From NCBI GenBank assembly GCA_002482845.1, contig DLGT01000084.1, forward strand, positions 13,157 to 77,156: a stretch of 64,000 bases of DNA. The letters run 5' to 3'. How positions within the stretch are numbered: the first letter of the stretch is position 1; the number at the start of each line of letters is the position of its first letter. The translations under genes were made by a program, and so were the position numbers. This stretch comes from Saprospiraceae bacterium UBA7687 (GTDB lineage: Bacteria; Bacteroidota; Bacteroidia; Chitinophagales; Saprospiraceae). The notes below the pieces were generated by a model. It did not search any database. It saw only the letters and a program-made list of their open reading frames with translations, and had not been told where the DNA came from. Positions 20,350 to 30,094 of this stretch are shown here, in pieces.

Positions 20350-23205
20350 CTATTTTAATACAATTTTTGCAATATAAATTTCACCACCCATCCAAACTTT
20401 GACTAAGAAAAAACCTGGAGAGAGATGTGTAATATCTATTTGGTGATTGGTTGTATTTGACGTAAAGGATTTATCAAAATATACATTTCCCCCTGCAATG
20501 TCAACAACCATAATTTTATCCAAATTTTGACTAGCGCTCACTGTAAAAATCCCATTGTTCGGATTTGGGAAAATAATCACGGATGATTTTTTCACTTCGG
20601 CCGTTGATGAGATTATATAAGTTACACATTCCGTGACCGTCTTACAGAAATCTCCTGTAATCACAGCATAATAGCTTCCTGTCAGTGCTGGTACAAAAGA
20701 AGGCACAGACGTGGTCGCTATTAAGGCATTGGTACCACAATCATACCATTCATAGACCGTACCATCAGCATTTACTTGGATGGTTTGGTCTTGGAGCCAG
20801 ATAGCTTCTAGCGGACAAGGTAGTTCATCGACGATGGTATTTCTAACTTGATTGGTAATAATTGGTGGATTTTGATCAAAAATGATATCTCCTTTATTTA
20901 ATATAACAGTACCTTGAGCTACATCAGATAAACTAGCAAAAGAAAAAGAAACAAACCCATGACTTTCTAGAAAATTAGAAGCTGTGTCAGGTAAGATGAT
21001 TTCATTAAACTCAAAAAACAAAGTGTCACCTAATATGTAAGTATTGACATCATGGCTTGAACCATTAACAATCAAACTTTTTTTATCGAGAGATGAATCG
21101 AGTACATCAACTATTTTCACGTAGAAAGCTGTATCATTTCCATTATTCTGAAATCTAATGGTGTAGTCTATTCTCTCGGACCTCAGTGTATAATTATCTT
21201 CACCTTTTCTATCTGGCCAACTGCCTTTATCATTCGGATTATAGCTACATTTGATGACCTCTGAAAAATTATCACTAGATAATGTATCTCCTTCATTTGA
21301 TATTAAATAAGAATAAAAATGTAAGGAATCCATATCGGACATATCGTCAGGAATATTCACAAAAATATGAGCATTAAAATAGTGACTTGGCTTAAGACCA
21401 TTGATCACCCATTCAAATCTATTTGATTCTTGAACAACTGGTATAGGCGTGGCATTACTAGCATTTGTAAGATTGTCAAGCAATACAACTAATTTTGCAT
21501 CCATATTTCCAGAAGATGTATTTCGCACACTATTGTATAAATTAATGGTACTTGAACATCTTAGCCACGCTGTAGGAATGGTTGTTATTCCAGTCAACCT
21601 AGGCACCTGTGGAATAAAACCAACGGTATCCATATGACATAGTTCCTCAATGTTTATGTAAGAAACAATTTGATCATCTATCCAATCGCCCGTAGTCTGC
21701 TCATAAATTATTTCAAACAAACCTGTGTCCAACACAATTTCTGCATTACCTAATGCATTGGTATAATGGTAACTATTATTTCTTGGTAAATAAACACTAG
21801 TATTAGGCAATTCATTATCATTTATTGGGTTATAAATCCCATTGCCATCATTGTCAGTAAACGTAAAGACTTTTAATAAATAAGTTGGCGGCAAAATAGT
21901 GACTGTTTTTACATCTGATGTACATTTAGAAATTGGTTCAACAAGCGAAATCTCAATAATACCTTCGTTTAGTCCAGTAAGCAAACCATTGTTTACATTA
22001 GCTATAGAAGGATCACTGATTATCCAATTGCCATCAAAATTACTTGTAAGTTCTATAGGATGATTAATATAAACTATTTCGTCTACCAAAAAAGTTATAT
22101 CTGGGTAAATGATCACCTTAAAAGTATCCTGAATGATTGGACACCAATCGTTATCAGAAAATGATGCTATTGTATATATAACTTCTTGTATAGAATCAGT
22201 TGTATTGACCAATGTGTCATTAATTACACCATTTCCATTGTGGAAATAATGGTCACGATTTCCAAGCACCTTATTGTTTAAAACAGTCTTAACAATAATT
22301 GCAGTGGAGTCTAATGGATTTTCATTAAAAATTAATAGTTGTGGGCTAGTTTCATTACAGATTGTTGTGTCCTTGATATCAATTATTGATGAAGAAGGCC
22401 TACAAGCTATAGACCAGTTAGGCCCAAACTGTTTAGATTTGATTGGTTGTCGAAGTGTAGGAATCCAACAGCCCGTTTGATCATCAGAAGTGATTTGAAA
22501 ATTAATATGTAAGTCTGAATTATTGCTTAATTCTTCAATTGTGAGAAATGTTCTCACTTTCATGTCAAAACATATAGAAATATTAGCAACACCATTTCCC
22601 ATTCCAAACCTAGTGTTTGGTTTACAAGTATTAGAACAACCTTGAAGTCCATCATATGACCAAAACCAACCTGAAGGTAATCTTGTATTTCTAGGAAGTG
22701 GACCACTGCATGGACAAAATTCGCAAGAAGTATTGCATAAAGTCAATCTACCTGTGATGGTGTCTAAATAAGTACAAATCCCGTTAAGTGTATAATTTGG
22801 ACTTGTTGATGGATAACAAAAAATATCACTGAAGTCATGCCATTTGCCACGGTTTGGCATTGGGCTGATGGTCGCACTATCAGGCTGAAATTCATTGATG
22901 TCCCACCCTGCTCCAAAATCAGGAATCAATCCATGTATCCAAGCAGTGGCAGGATTACTAAAGTCCGCCAAATAATCTATACATATTCTCACTTCTTCAC
23001 CTTGATCAAAAAAAGGATCTTCAAGAGAACGACTACTGCTCCTTTCTGTAACAGAAAATGTAGCTGTTGTGAGACAATCATTACGACCAGATTTTTTCTC
23101 TTCAGTCTCTTTTATAGTCTTTATTTCAGAAGACCTTAACCTTTCTTGTGTTATACCATAGGGCATCCATGATAAAAAAAGTAAACAAAAAAAACAATAT
23201 TTCAT
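20350..23205 (-). CDS. Paralogue of the 1460-aa T9SS protein (Cys-rich module + DUF11-like module + type-A CTD)
   Basis: It shares N- and C-terminal modules with the downstream gene. The CTD is 'IFPNPNNGIFTV..'. The start is set at MKYCFFCLLFLSWMPYG (23205) rather than the track start 23271. The gap to the next gene is 42 nt. Confidence 0.8.
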   Translation of the reverse strand: MKYCFFCLLFLSWMPYGITQERLRSSEIKTIKETEEKKSGRNDCLTTATFSVTERSSSRSLEDPFFDQGEEVRICIDYLADFSNPATAWIHGLIPDFGAGWDINEFQPDSATISPMPNRGKWHDFSDIFCYPSTSPNYTLNGICTYLDTITGRLTLCNTSCEFCPCSGPLPRNTRLPSGWFWSYDGLQGCSNTCKPNTRFGMGNGVANISICFDMKVRTFLTIEELSNNSDLHINFQITSDDQTGCWIPTLRQPIKSKQFGPNWSIACRPSSSIIDIKDTTICNETSPQLLIFNENPLDSTAIIVKTVLNNKVLGNRDHYFHNGNGVINDTLVNTTDSIQEVIYTIASFSDNDWCPIIQDTFKVIIYPDITFLVDEIVYINHPIELTSNFDGNWIISDPSIANVNNGLLTGLNEGIIEISLVEPISKCTSDVKTVTILPPTYLLKVFTFTDNDGNGIYNPINDNELPNTSVYLPRNNSYHYTNALGNAEIVLDTGLFEIIYEQTTGDWIDDQIVSYINIEELCHMDTVGFIPQVPRLTGITTIPTAWLRCSSTINLYNSVRNTSSGNMDAKLVVLLDNLTNASNATPIPVVQESNRFEWVINGLKPSHYFNAHIFVNIPDDMSDMDSLHFYSYLISNEGDTLSSDNFSEVIKCSYNPNDKGSWPDRKGEDNYTLRSERIDYTIRFQNNGNDTAFYVKIVDVLDSSLDKKSLIVNGSSHDVNTYILGDTLFFEFNEIILPDTASNFLESHGFVSFSFASLSDVAQGTVILNKGDIIFDQNPPIITNQVRNTIVDELPCPLEAIWLQDQTIQVNADGTVYEWYDCGTNALIATTSVPSFVPALTGSYYAVITGDFCKTVTECVTYIISSTAEVKKSSVIIFPNPNNGIFTVSASQNLDKIMVVDIAGGNVYFDKSFTSNTTNHQIDITHLSPGFFLVKVWMGGEIYIAKIVLK

Positions 23206-23558
23206 AAAATTCAATTCATTCAAAAGCAATAAAATATAATAACACACCTTTAAGAATTTGTCCAAAGACAAAAACTAAAGATGATAGAAGTAACAAAATA
23301 CAAGTGTATAAAAACGGGAACTTGCAGTGTAAATAAACGAAGAATTGGTGAGTTTTAAATTGATTTATCTTCAATGCAACACAAAGTTAGATAAAATCTT
23401 TAAAAGACAAAATAATTTTAGTGAAAAATTTGGTGATACATCTCATTTTGAATAAAAAATTTAAATAAGATAAAATTTTCACGAAATCTCTGATTGTTGT
23501 AGAACTAAAAATTAATAATAAATTTATTTTTAAAAGATGTAGAATAAATAGAATTCAA

Positions 23559-23566
23559 TATATTTG
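23559..23566 (+). promoter_or_regulatory. Candidate -7 promoter box (TATATTTG)
   Basis: Exact TAnnTTTG match 34 nt upstream of the ATG at 23600. Confidence 0.4.
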
Positions 23567-23599
23567 CATCTTTAATAATTAAAACTTAATCCAATTAAA

Positions 23600-24817
23600 A
23601 TGAAAAACATTTTTTTTACTATTATGATTACAATCATGATCTCTTCTAGTATTTCTGCTCAAAAAGTGGATATTGATAATTTTAGAATTTATATCAGTAA
23701 CACGAAGCTTCCTACTAATTATATACCTATTGAAAATAGAACCTTCAATGTAAAGGTTACTGGAGATTGGAATAGGTCTGACATTGAAGGGGCAATATAC
23801 ATACCTGGTTGGGAGATGGTGAAAACAGACCCTACCATTGAAGTAGTGGTGCAATTACAGCCTATGTCAAAAGGAGGTGTCAACATAAACTCATCTGTAG
23901 AAGAGAAAAAAGATAAAAACGGAAAAGTATTAAGTTCAACAACTTATTATACTGCAACTTCTACCAATTCAGGCTCAGGGACTTTAAAAATTCTAGGTGT
24001 GAAAAATGAGATGCCAAGGCAATTGAGTAAAAAAGAACTGGAAAAACAGGCAAAAAAAGACAAAGAAGCACAAGAAAAAAAAGAAAGTAATCCTTTTTTA
24101 GCTAATGTGGATACAAAAGAGGTAGAAGAAGTATCTTTAGATGCACAATCAAAAAAAGAGCTAGCCTATACTGACTGGGTTACGCAATCTTACAGTTATT
24201 CGACAAATAAATTAACATCTCGTTATAGTGCATCAAGTGAGTGGGAATCTAATAATTATACAGAATTTTCCAATCACAAAAACCAATATAAACAGTACGT
24301 AATAAACCAAGTAAATTATAAGTTAAGAAATTATTACGGGTATGAACCATATCAACATTGGGTTAAATTTAAAGAACTTGATTCAGAAAAACATCCTGAG
24401 TACACCATGTATTCTAATGCTACTAGTGCATTAAAGACTATTTTTGGAAAAATGAGATATAATAAACCTGTAGAAGAAGTTGAGCAAAATCTAATTCCAA
24501 TTATTAAATATTTTGATGATGTTGTAAGCAAATATACGAAAGATGATAAGCACGAAAAAAGACTTCGGGCTGCGACTCTCTTTAATCTTGGTGTTATCTT
24601 TATTTATTTAGATAGACACGATAGAGCGATAGAAATTGGAAATAAAATGATTGAATTAGACTTAGAGGCAGACGATGCACAAGACATTATTGACGCTGCA
24701 ACAAGTATAAAAAAACAACTTGTTTTCCATAATATGACTAGTAGACATATTGTACCTAGAAATGATGCTGAAAGAGAAGACAAACAAGGTGAAGCACAAG
24801 CTCAATCTGAAGATTAA
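23600..24817 (+). CDS. Hypothetical secreted protein (Lys/Glu-rich linker, helical C-terminal half)
   Basis: The signal peptide ends at ISAQ. No motif was recognised. Confidence 0.5.
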   Translation: MKNIFFTIMITIMISSSISAQKVDIDNFRIYISNTKLPTNYIPIENRTFNVKVTGDWNRSDIEGAIYIPGWEMVKTDPTIEVVVQLQPMSKGGVNINSSVEEKKDKNGKVLSSTTYYTATSTNSGSGTLKILGVKNEMPRQLSKKELEKQAKKDKEAQEKKESNPFLANVDTKEVEEVSLDAQSKKELAYTDWVTQSYSYSTNKLTSRYSASSEWESNNYTEFSNHKNQYKQYVINQVNYKLRNYYGYEPYQHWVKFKELDSEKHPEYTMYSNATSALKTIFGKMRYNKPVEEVEQNLIPIIKYFDDVVSKYTKDDKHEKRLRAATLFNLGVIFIYLDRHDRAIEIGNKMIELDLEADDAQDIIDAATSIKKQLVFHNMTSRHIVPRNDAEREDKQGEAQAQSED

Positions 24818-24864
24818 AAACAAATAATTGCTTTAAATAAAACTTTGCAAAGTAATTTATTAAA

Positions 24865-24910
24865 AAGATGAGTGGAAAACCATTGGGATTCCATTCATCT
24901 TTTATTTTTT
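24865..24910 (+). terminator. Rho-independent terminator
   Basis: 13-bp stem AAGATGAGTGGAA / TTCCATTCATCTT (one G-T pair) followed by TTATTTTTT. Confidence 0.8.
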
Positions 24911-25108
24911 ATAGGACTGCGATAAATTAGCAAATCTAACTTTTCCTAATTGTTTTATGCTATCATTTTGACTTAAGGACAGAAATAAATCTTTTAAAAC
25001 AAATCTACCAAAAAACTAGTTACCTTAATGGCGATGTGTGACAAAAAAACAAGTTTTGTCTATTTTCAGATTATTGATTTTTATACTGTATTTTCAATTT
25101 CTAGGTAC

Positions 25109-26674
25109 ATGAAATATTTTTTTATGAGGTTATTTTCACTGTTCTTCCTTATTTTAATTACTAATATTCTTAATGCGCAACTTGCAACTAATCCTCATGA
25201 TGTCGTTTATAATCATCTCAAAAACTTAGAAGTTGAACATAAAAATTCCAGCCTTGCTGCTATGTCTTTTCATCCAGATATCCCATTGGAGCAAAGGATA
25301 GACCTTGCAGAAAACCTAAAACAAATCCTTGATGCAAAAGGAATTCTGATAGTCGTCTCAAGTATCCCAAATGATCCCGAATATCGAGACAGTTTATCAG
25401 GCAATCAAACATACGTGGTCACCCGAGAACTTCCAACCTTAACTGTAGAGAAATATAATAATAATTGGTTTTACTCTAAACGAACGAGTACTGAGATACC
25501 TGTTTTATTTAAGAAAACATTTCCTGCTTGGTCGCACGGCATTATTAACAACATTCCTGATGCGCTCAAAAAACACATTTTAAGCATTGAAATTTGGAAA
25601 TTCTTAGGTCTTATTATTATTTTATTAGTTAGTTTTTTATTTTTTAAAATATTTGAAAAGGGCATTGACAAATTGATGCAAATTTCTATCTGGGACAGAC
25701 TTCATATTGAAGACAGACACTTACCGAAGCTACATAGATTGGCTAGATATTTTGGAATTATATTTTTCATAGGTTTAATAAGATATTTTTTACCCATTCT
25801 AGTTTTTAACATTAACATATCAAGACCAATTTTTCAACTTATAAATATCGTATTTACTTTTGTGGCAATGTTGACAGTACTCAAAATCACAGACATTGTA
25901 GGCGTCTATTTACGAAAACTTACAGCTGCAACGGCGTCAAAAATAGATGATCAACTTATGCCCATAGCCGTAAAAGGAGCCAAAGTAGCTGTAATAATCA
26001 TGGGTATATTCAGAATGCTATATTTATTGGATGTTAATATTACTGCGCTTATTGCTGGACTTTCTATAGGTGGATTAGCATTGGCACTTGCAGCTCAAGA
26101 CACGGTAAAGAATCTAATTGGCTCTGTGATGATCTTTTTTGATAGACCATTCCATATAGGAGATTATATTATGGCTATGGATTTTGAAGGTACCGTGGAA
26201 GAAGTGGGTTTCAGATCTTCGAGAATTAGAAAAGTAGATAATTCACTGATAACAGTTCCCAATGGTAATCTTACGAATGCAACCATGATCAATTATGGCA
26301 TTAGGAAGTTTAGATTATTTGAAACAAATTTAGGATTCACTTATGACTCAGATCCTAAAAATATTAGTGCTTTCATAGAAGATTTAAAAGGTTTTTTCAA
26401 TCAATATACCCACATTCAAGAAGAGAATCACTTTGTGTATTTGCGTTATTTGTCTGCATCATCTATAGACGTTTTTGTCCGTGCTTACATTGATGCGCCT
26501 ACTTTCAAAGATGAATTAGTATACAGACAAGAACTTATATTTACGATTATGGAAAAGGTAAAATCAAATAGTTTATCTTTTGCCTATCCTAGTCAATCTT
26601 TATATATTGCAGCTATGCCAAAGCAAGATGATCAACAAAAAAATGTCACATCAAGTGAGAATCATATCCAATAG
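25109..26674 (+). CDS. MscS-family mechanosensitive ion channel
   Basis: MscS core 'GSVMIFFDRPFHIGDYI...GTVEEVGFRSSRIRKVDNSLITVPN' preceded by TM helices. The start is set at MKYFFMRLF (signal-like) instead of 25028. Confidence 0.8.
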   Translation: MKYFFMRLFSLFFLILITNILNAQLATNPHDVVYNHLKNLEVEHKNSSLAAMSFHPDIPLEQRIDLAENLKQILDAKGILIVVSSIPNDPEYRDSLSGNQTYVVTRELPTLTVEKYNNNWFYSKRTSTEIPVLFKKTFPAWSHGIINNIPDALKKHILSIEIWKFLGLIIILLVSFLFFKIFEKGIDKLMQISIWDRLHIEDRHLPKLHRLARYFGIIFFIGLIRYFLPILVFNINISRPIFQLINIVFTFVAMLTVLKITDIVGVYLRKLTAATASKIDDQLMPIAVKGAKVAVIIMGIFRMLYLLDVNITALIAGLSIGGLALALAAQDTVKNLIGSVMIFFDRPFHIGDYIMAMDFEGTVEEVGFRSSRIRKVDNSLITVPNGNLTNATMINYGIRKFRLFETNLGFTYDSDPKNISAFIEDLKGFFNQYTHIQEENHFVYLRYLSASSIDVFVRAYIDAPTFKDELVYRQELIFTIMEKVKSNSLSFAYPSQSLYIAAMPKQDDQQKNVTSSENHIQ

Positions 26675-26780
26675 TAGATTGATACATTTGAAGATTGAAT
26701 ATGCTATTGATCTCTAGTTATTTTATTTTTACAAATTGATCTCCTAAGAATCTTGTTATAAATTTAAAAGTATTTTAAGA

Positions 26781-26815
26781 AAAAAAAAGCCCAATTTCAC
26801 AATCGGGCCTTTTCT
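26781..26815. terminator. Bidirectional terminator-like hairpin between convergent genes
   Basis: A9-GCCCAATTTCACAATCGGGC-CTTTTC, an imperfect stem flanked by an A-run and a T-run. Confidence 0.5.
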
Positions 26816-26833
26816 CTATTATATCCTTCTGAA

Positions 26834-27175
26834 TTAAGCAGTATAGATAGATTCTTTTTTGAAATGTTTTACCAATAAGTAATAAAACATAGCTCTGTAT
26901 TTGTTACTATTTGAGCTGCCAAGAATATCAATAACAGCTTTTATGCCTGCATCTAAAGCAGCATTGTCAGGAAGCCCTAATTTTTTCATTAGGAAATTTT
27001 CTTTCACTCTGTCTAATTCAGCTTTATCTGAAGAAGAAACTTTGGAAGCATCTGGTAAATAAATTACAGGACCACAACCTTTAGTTACTGCTCTCAATAA
27101 CACTTCGTCAACACTGACTTTTAACTTTGTAAATTCTTCTTGATACAAAGCTACTTTTTCATCAAATTTGCTCAT
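26834..27175 (-). CDS. Small conserved protein, DUF2853-like
   Basis: 113 aa. The pattern 'GCGPVIYLPDASKVSSSDKAELDRVKENFLMKKLGL' matches my memory of that family. This was not verified. Confidence 0.4.
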   Translation of the reverse strand: MSKFDEKVALYQEEFTKLKVSVDEVLLRAVTKGCGPVIYLPDASKVSSSDKAELDRVKENFLMKKLGLPDNAALDAGIKAVIDILGSSNSNKYRAMFYYLLVKHFKKESIYTA

Positions 27176-27476
27176 TTTTTTGGTGTTTTGTTTTTAAAAA
27201 TTTAGTTATTCGACATTAAATATCGAATGAAATTGTTTTATCACCCGTTGTGACGTTTAAAATTTCATAAGTCACATTTTTTTTGAAAAAATATTTTGAA
27301 AATAAAAAATTACTACAAAATGAATCAAAGTTGATCTATTACGATATCAGTTACATTAAATATCCTTGTATTCATTAATTCATAAAAAAGCAGAAAATAT
27401 TATTAAAAATAAAAGTATCGTCAACAAGTGGTCTTTATTTTAGTTTTAATTTTTATAAATATTCAAAACAGAATAC

Positions 27477-28265
27477 ATGGCCATTCAATCTATTGTGAAA
27501 AACAAGGCATTTTTGCTTTTTGTGGTGTTAGCAGGATTTTTTATTGCAAATACGATCGTTGCAGAATTTGTAGGATTAAAAATATTCTCTCTAGAAAAAC
27601 TATTTGGTGCTGAACCCTTAAATATAAGTCTTTTTGGTGTAGAAGGTCTTGGTCTCAATCTTACTGCTGGTGCCATATTGTGGCCAGTGGTATTTATAAT
27701 GACAGATATTATCAATGAATATTATGGCGTAAAAGCTGTAAAATTGCTTTCATACTTAGCCGTTGGAATAGTTTTTTATGCTTTTTTTATGGTGTATGGT
27801 TCCATCGGACTTCCAGCAAATGACTGGTGGCAGTTTGAAAGTGGGATTACTTCTGATCCATCTACAAATATTAGTGATATGAATTTGGCCTTTAACAAAG
27901 TTATGGGACAAGGATTGTGGATTATTGTTGGGTCAATGATTGCATTTTTGATAGGGCAAATCCTAGACGTAGCCGTTTTTCATAAAATAAAATCTTACAC
28001 CGGAGAAGAAAAAGTCTGGTTACGTGCCACAGGAAGTACACTGATATCTCAATTAGTAGATAGTTATGTGGTACTACTAGTAGCTTTTTGGATTGGTGCA
28101 GATTGGGATTTAACAAGAATACTAGCTATTGGAACAGTTAATTATTTCTACAAATTTGGAATGGCTATTTTGCTTACACCACTCATCTATCTTGGACATT
28201 TCTTGATTGAAAACTATCTGGGAAAAGAAGTTGCTGACCAAATGAAAAAAGAAGCATCAATGTAA
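27477..28265 (+). CDS. yhhQ: Queuosine-precursor transporter (YhhQ/DUF165 family)
   Basis: Multi-TM protein with 'ATGSTLISQLVDSYVVLLVAF' and 'PVVFIMTDIINEYYG', characteristic of YhhQ. Confidence 0.7.
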   Translation: MAIQSIVKNKAFLLFVVLAGFFIANTIVAEFVGLKIFSLEKLFGAEPLNISLFGVEGLGLNLTAGAILWPVVFIMTDIINEYYGVKAVKLLSYLAVGIVFYAFFMVYGSIGLPANDWWQFESGITSDPSTNISDMNLAFNKVMGQGLWIIVGSMIAFLIGQILDVAVFHKIKSYTGEEKVWLRATGSTLISQLVDSYVVLLVAFWIGADWDLTRILAIGTVNYFYKFGMAILLTPLIYLGHFLIENYLGKEVADQMKKEASM

Positions 28266-28462
28266 ATCCGTTAATAGATTACAATTTTGAGTCTACCCCG
28301 AAAATACAAATTGGTTGATAATCAACCGTTTTTCATCCTACCTCTAAAGGGAAACGATTGATTATCAAAGCAAAAGAAAACATAAATTTTCATTTATTTG
28401 AACATAGGACTTTTCGGAGTGAACTCAATTTTAATTCCTTAAAATGTTCTTTGCTAAAGCCA

Positions 28463-30079
28463 TTAATTGATTAAAAGTGGTCGTTGGTATATTTTACCAC
28501 CTACTTTCATTCTGTACTGGTATTCACCAGGTCTTAAAACATAATTTTTGGTATTAATCTCTAAGGTGTGTGATCCTTTATTTCGGAATTCGTTTATAAG
28601 TGGTCTCAATACTTGACCACTTTTATCAAGGACTTCTATAATTACTGGACCTTCTTGTAATAGAGAAAAGTGAATTTGTAATACATCCGGATTTTTGTCA
28701 GAAATTTTATGTCCCAATAAAGCGCCAAATTCTTCTGATCCTATCGGCGGATTTTTTGTAGGCACAAGTCCATCTATTGGCAACCTATCTTTCCCAATCA
28801 CAAAATCTGAAACGTCTTTTGGCATTCCAAACCAGTTCTGAAGCACAGAAGCATAAATATCTCTAAAGTCCGTACCATAAGCAGGATCACCATAAATATC
28901 GGTATTCAAAAGATCTGGTGGTGTACCTACGATGCCTTTTCCTATACCTTTGGCAAACATTAGTACAGGCGCGCCAGTACCATGATCAGTTCCTGCCGAC
29001 CCATTCTCATAAATAGTTCTACCAAACTCAGAAAACGTCATTCCAAGAACTTTGTCCCCCATGTTTTGAGCTTCGAGATCTTGATAAAACGCGCTCACTG
29101 CTGTAGAGATTCTATTCAATAAATTAAGGTGATTGTCATATTGATCCGCATGAGTATCGAAACCATCGATATAAACCATATAAACCTTGGTGCCCAATCG
29201 ACCTTTAATCAGCCTTGAAACAATTGCTAATTGCTGTGCCAAATTTGAGTTGGGATAATTGACTTCATTTCTACCTTTATTGTAAGCATTACTTATGGAC
29301 TGACTGTATCTAAATGCGCTATTGGCCACTTGTCTTACATAAAACAACTCTTGGTCTCTAGGTGCATTTGTCAAAGTAGAAAGATCATACAATTGTCCAG
29401 AAACTGCTAGTTTATAAAATTCTTGCGGACTGCTCACTGCCAAAGCTAAGTTAACTCTTGGGCCTTGGAAAATGAGATCTGTTTGAACACCGATCTGAAG
29501 TGCCGGCGGAATAGTAGGCTGAGCATCTAGGAAAGCTGGCATATCTTGATCAATATATCTACCGATCCATCCTGTGTTTAAATATTCTTCTGTGTCAGAT
29601 GCTGTCGCCCATATATCAGATGATCTAAAATGAGAATAATTTGGTTCAGGATAGCCGACATTATGTATCACTTTCATCTTATCTTCTTCCCACATCGGGC
29701 GAAGACTGTTCATACTATTGGGCATCCCATTTTTGTCATTTAATGCCCAAAGGTTGGATTCTGTAATGGCAATATTGGGTCTAATATTATAATACTCACT
29801 ATTAAACCTATCGACAACCATATTTAGACCATCGTTGCCGCCTCTGAGTTGAATGAGGACTAAAGTCCTATCCGTTTCTAGATTATTGAGTGGTGCTAGC
29901 AGGTTGGATGTACCTAAAGCATAAAGCGGTACACCATGAAGTGATGCTGCCATACCCGCGGTAAATAAACCTGCAGTTTGTAAGAAATCACGTCTTTTCC
30001 ATTTAGAATGATCTATCTGATGTTCTTCAGTATTGTCAATTGATTTGCCTACTTTGATTTTATTTTGATCTTTACACAT
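28463..30079 (-). CDS. DUF1501 (sulfatase-fold) protein with Tat signal and a C-terminal beta-sandwich extension resembling a T9SS CTD
   Basis: Twin-arginine motif KRRDFLQTAG, DUF1501 motifs (RGGNDGLN, IDGFDTHADQ, GTDHGTG), and an extra ~80 aa at the C-terminus. Confidence 0.75.
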   Translation of the reverse strand: MCKDQNKIKVGKSIDNTEEHQIDHSKWKRRDFLQTAGLFTAGMAASLHGVPLYALGTSNLLAPLNNLETDRTLVLIQLRGGNDGLNMVVDRFNSEYYNIRPNIAITESNLWALNDKNGMPNSMNSLRPMWEEDKMKVIHNVGYPEPNYSHFRSSDIWATASDTEEYLNTGWIGRYIDQDMPAFLDAQPTIPPALQIGVQTDLIFQGPRVNLALAVSSPQEFYKLAVSGQLYDLSTLTNAPRDQELFYVRQVANSAFRYSQSISNAYNKGRNEVNYPNSNLAQQLAIVSRLIKGRLGTKVYMVYIDGFDTHADQYDNHLNLLNRISTAVSAFYQDLEAQNMGDKVLGMTFSEFGRTIYENGSAGTDHGTGAPVLMFAKGIGKGIVGTPPDLLNTDIYGDPAYGTDFRDIYASVLQNWFGMPKDVSDFVIGKDRLPIDGLVPTKNPPIGSEEFGALLGHKISDKNPDVLQIHFSLLQEGPVIIEVLDKSGQVLRPLINEFRNKGSHTLEINTKNYVLRPGEYQYRMKVGGKIYQRPLLIN

Positions 30080-30094
30080 GGTCGTTTCGGTTTT

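Noticed and set aside
23206-23271. N-terminal extensions proposed by the ORF track. The extended regions are 23206-23271, 25028-25108, 3268-3327, 61015-61071, 62329-62367 and 51317-51358.
   Set aside because: Internal Met codons give proper signal peptides or family-typical N-termini. The extensions overlap upstream genes, terminators or structured leaders.
27176-27476. preQ1 riboswitch upstream of the YhhQ-type queuosine-precursor transporter.
   Set aside because: No small hairpin followed by the A-rich/CUA tail of preQ1-I is visible, and no other recognisable aptamer is present. The region is almost pure A+T.
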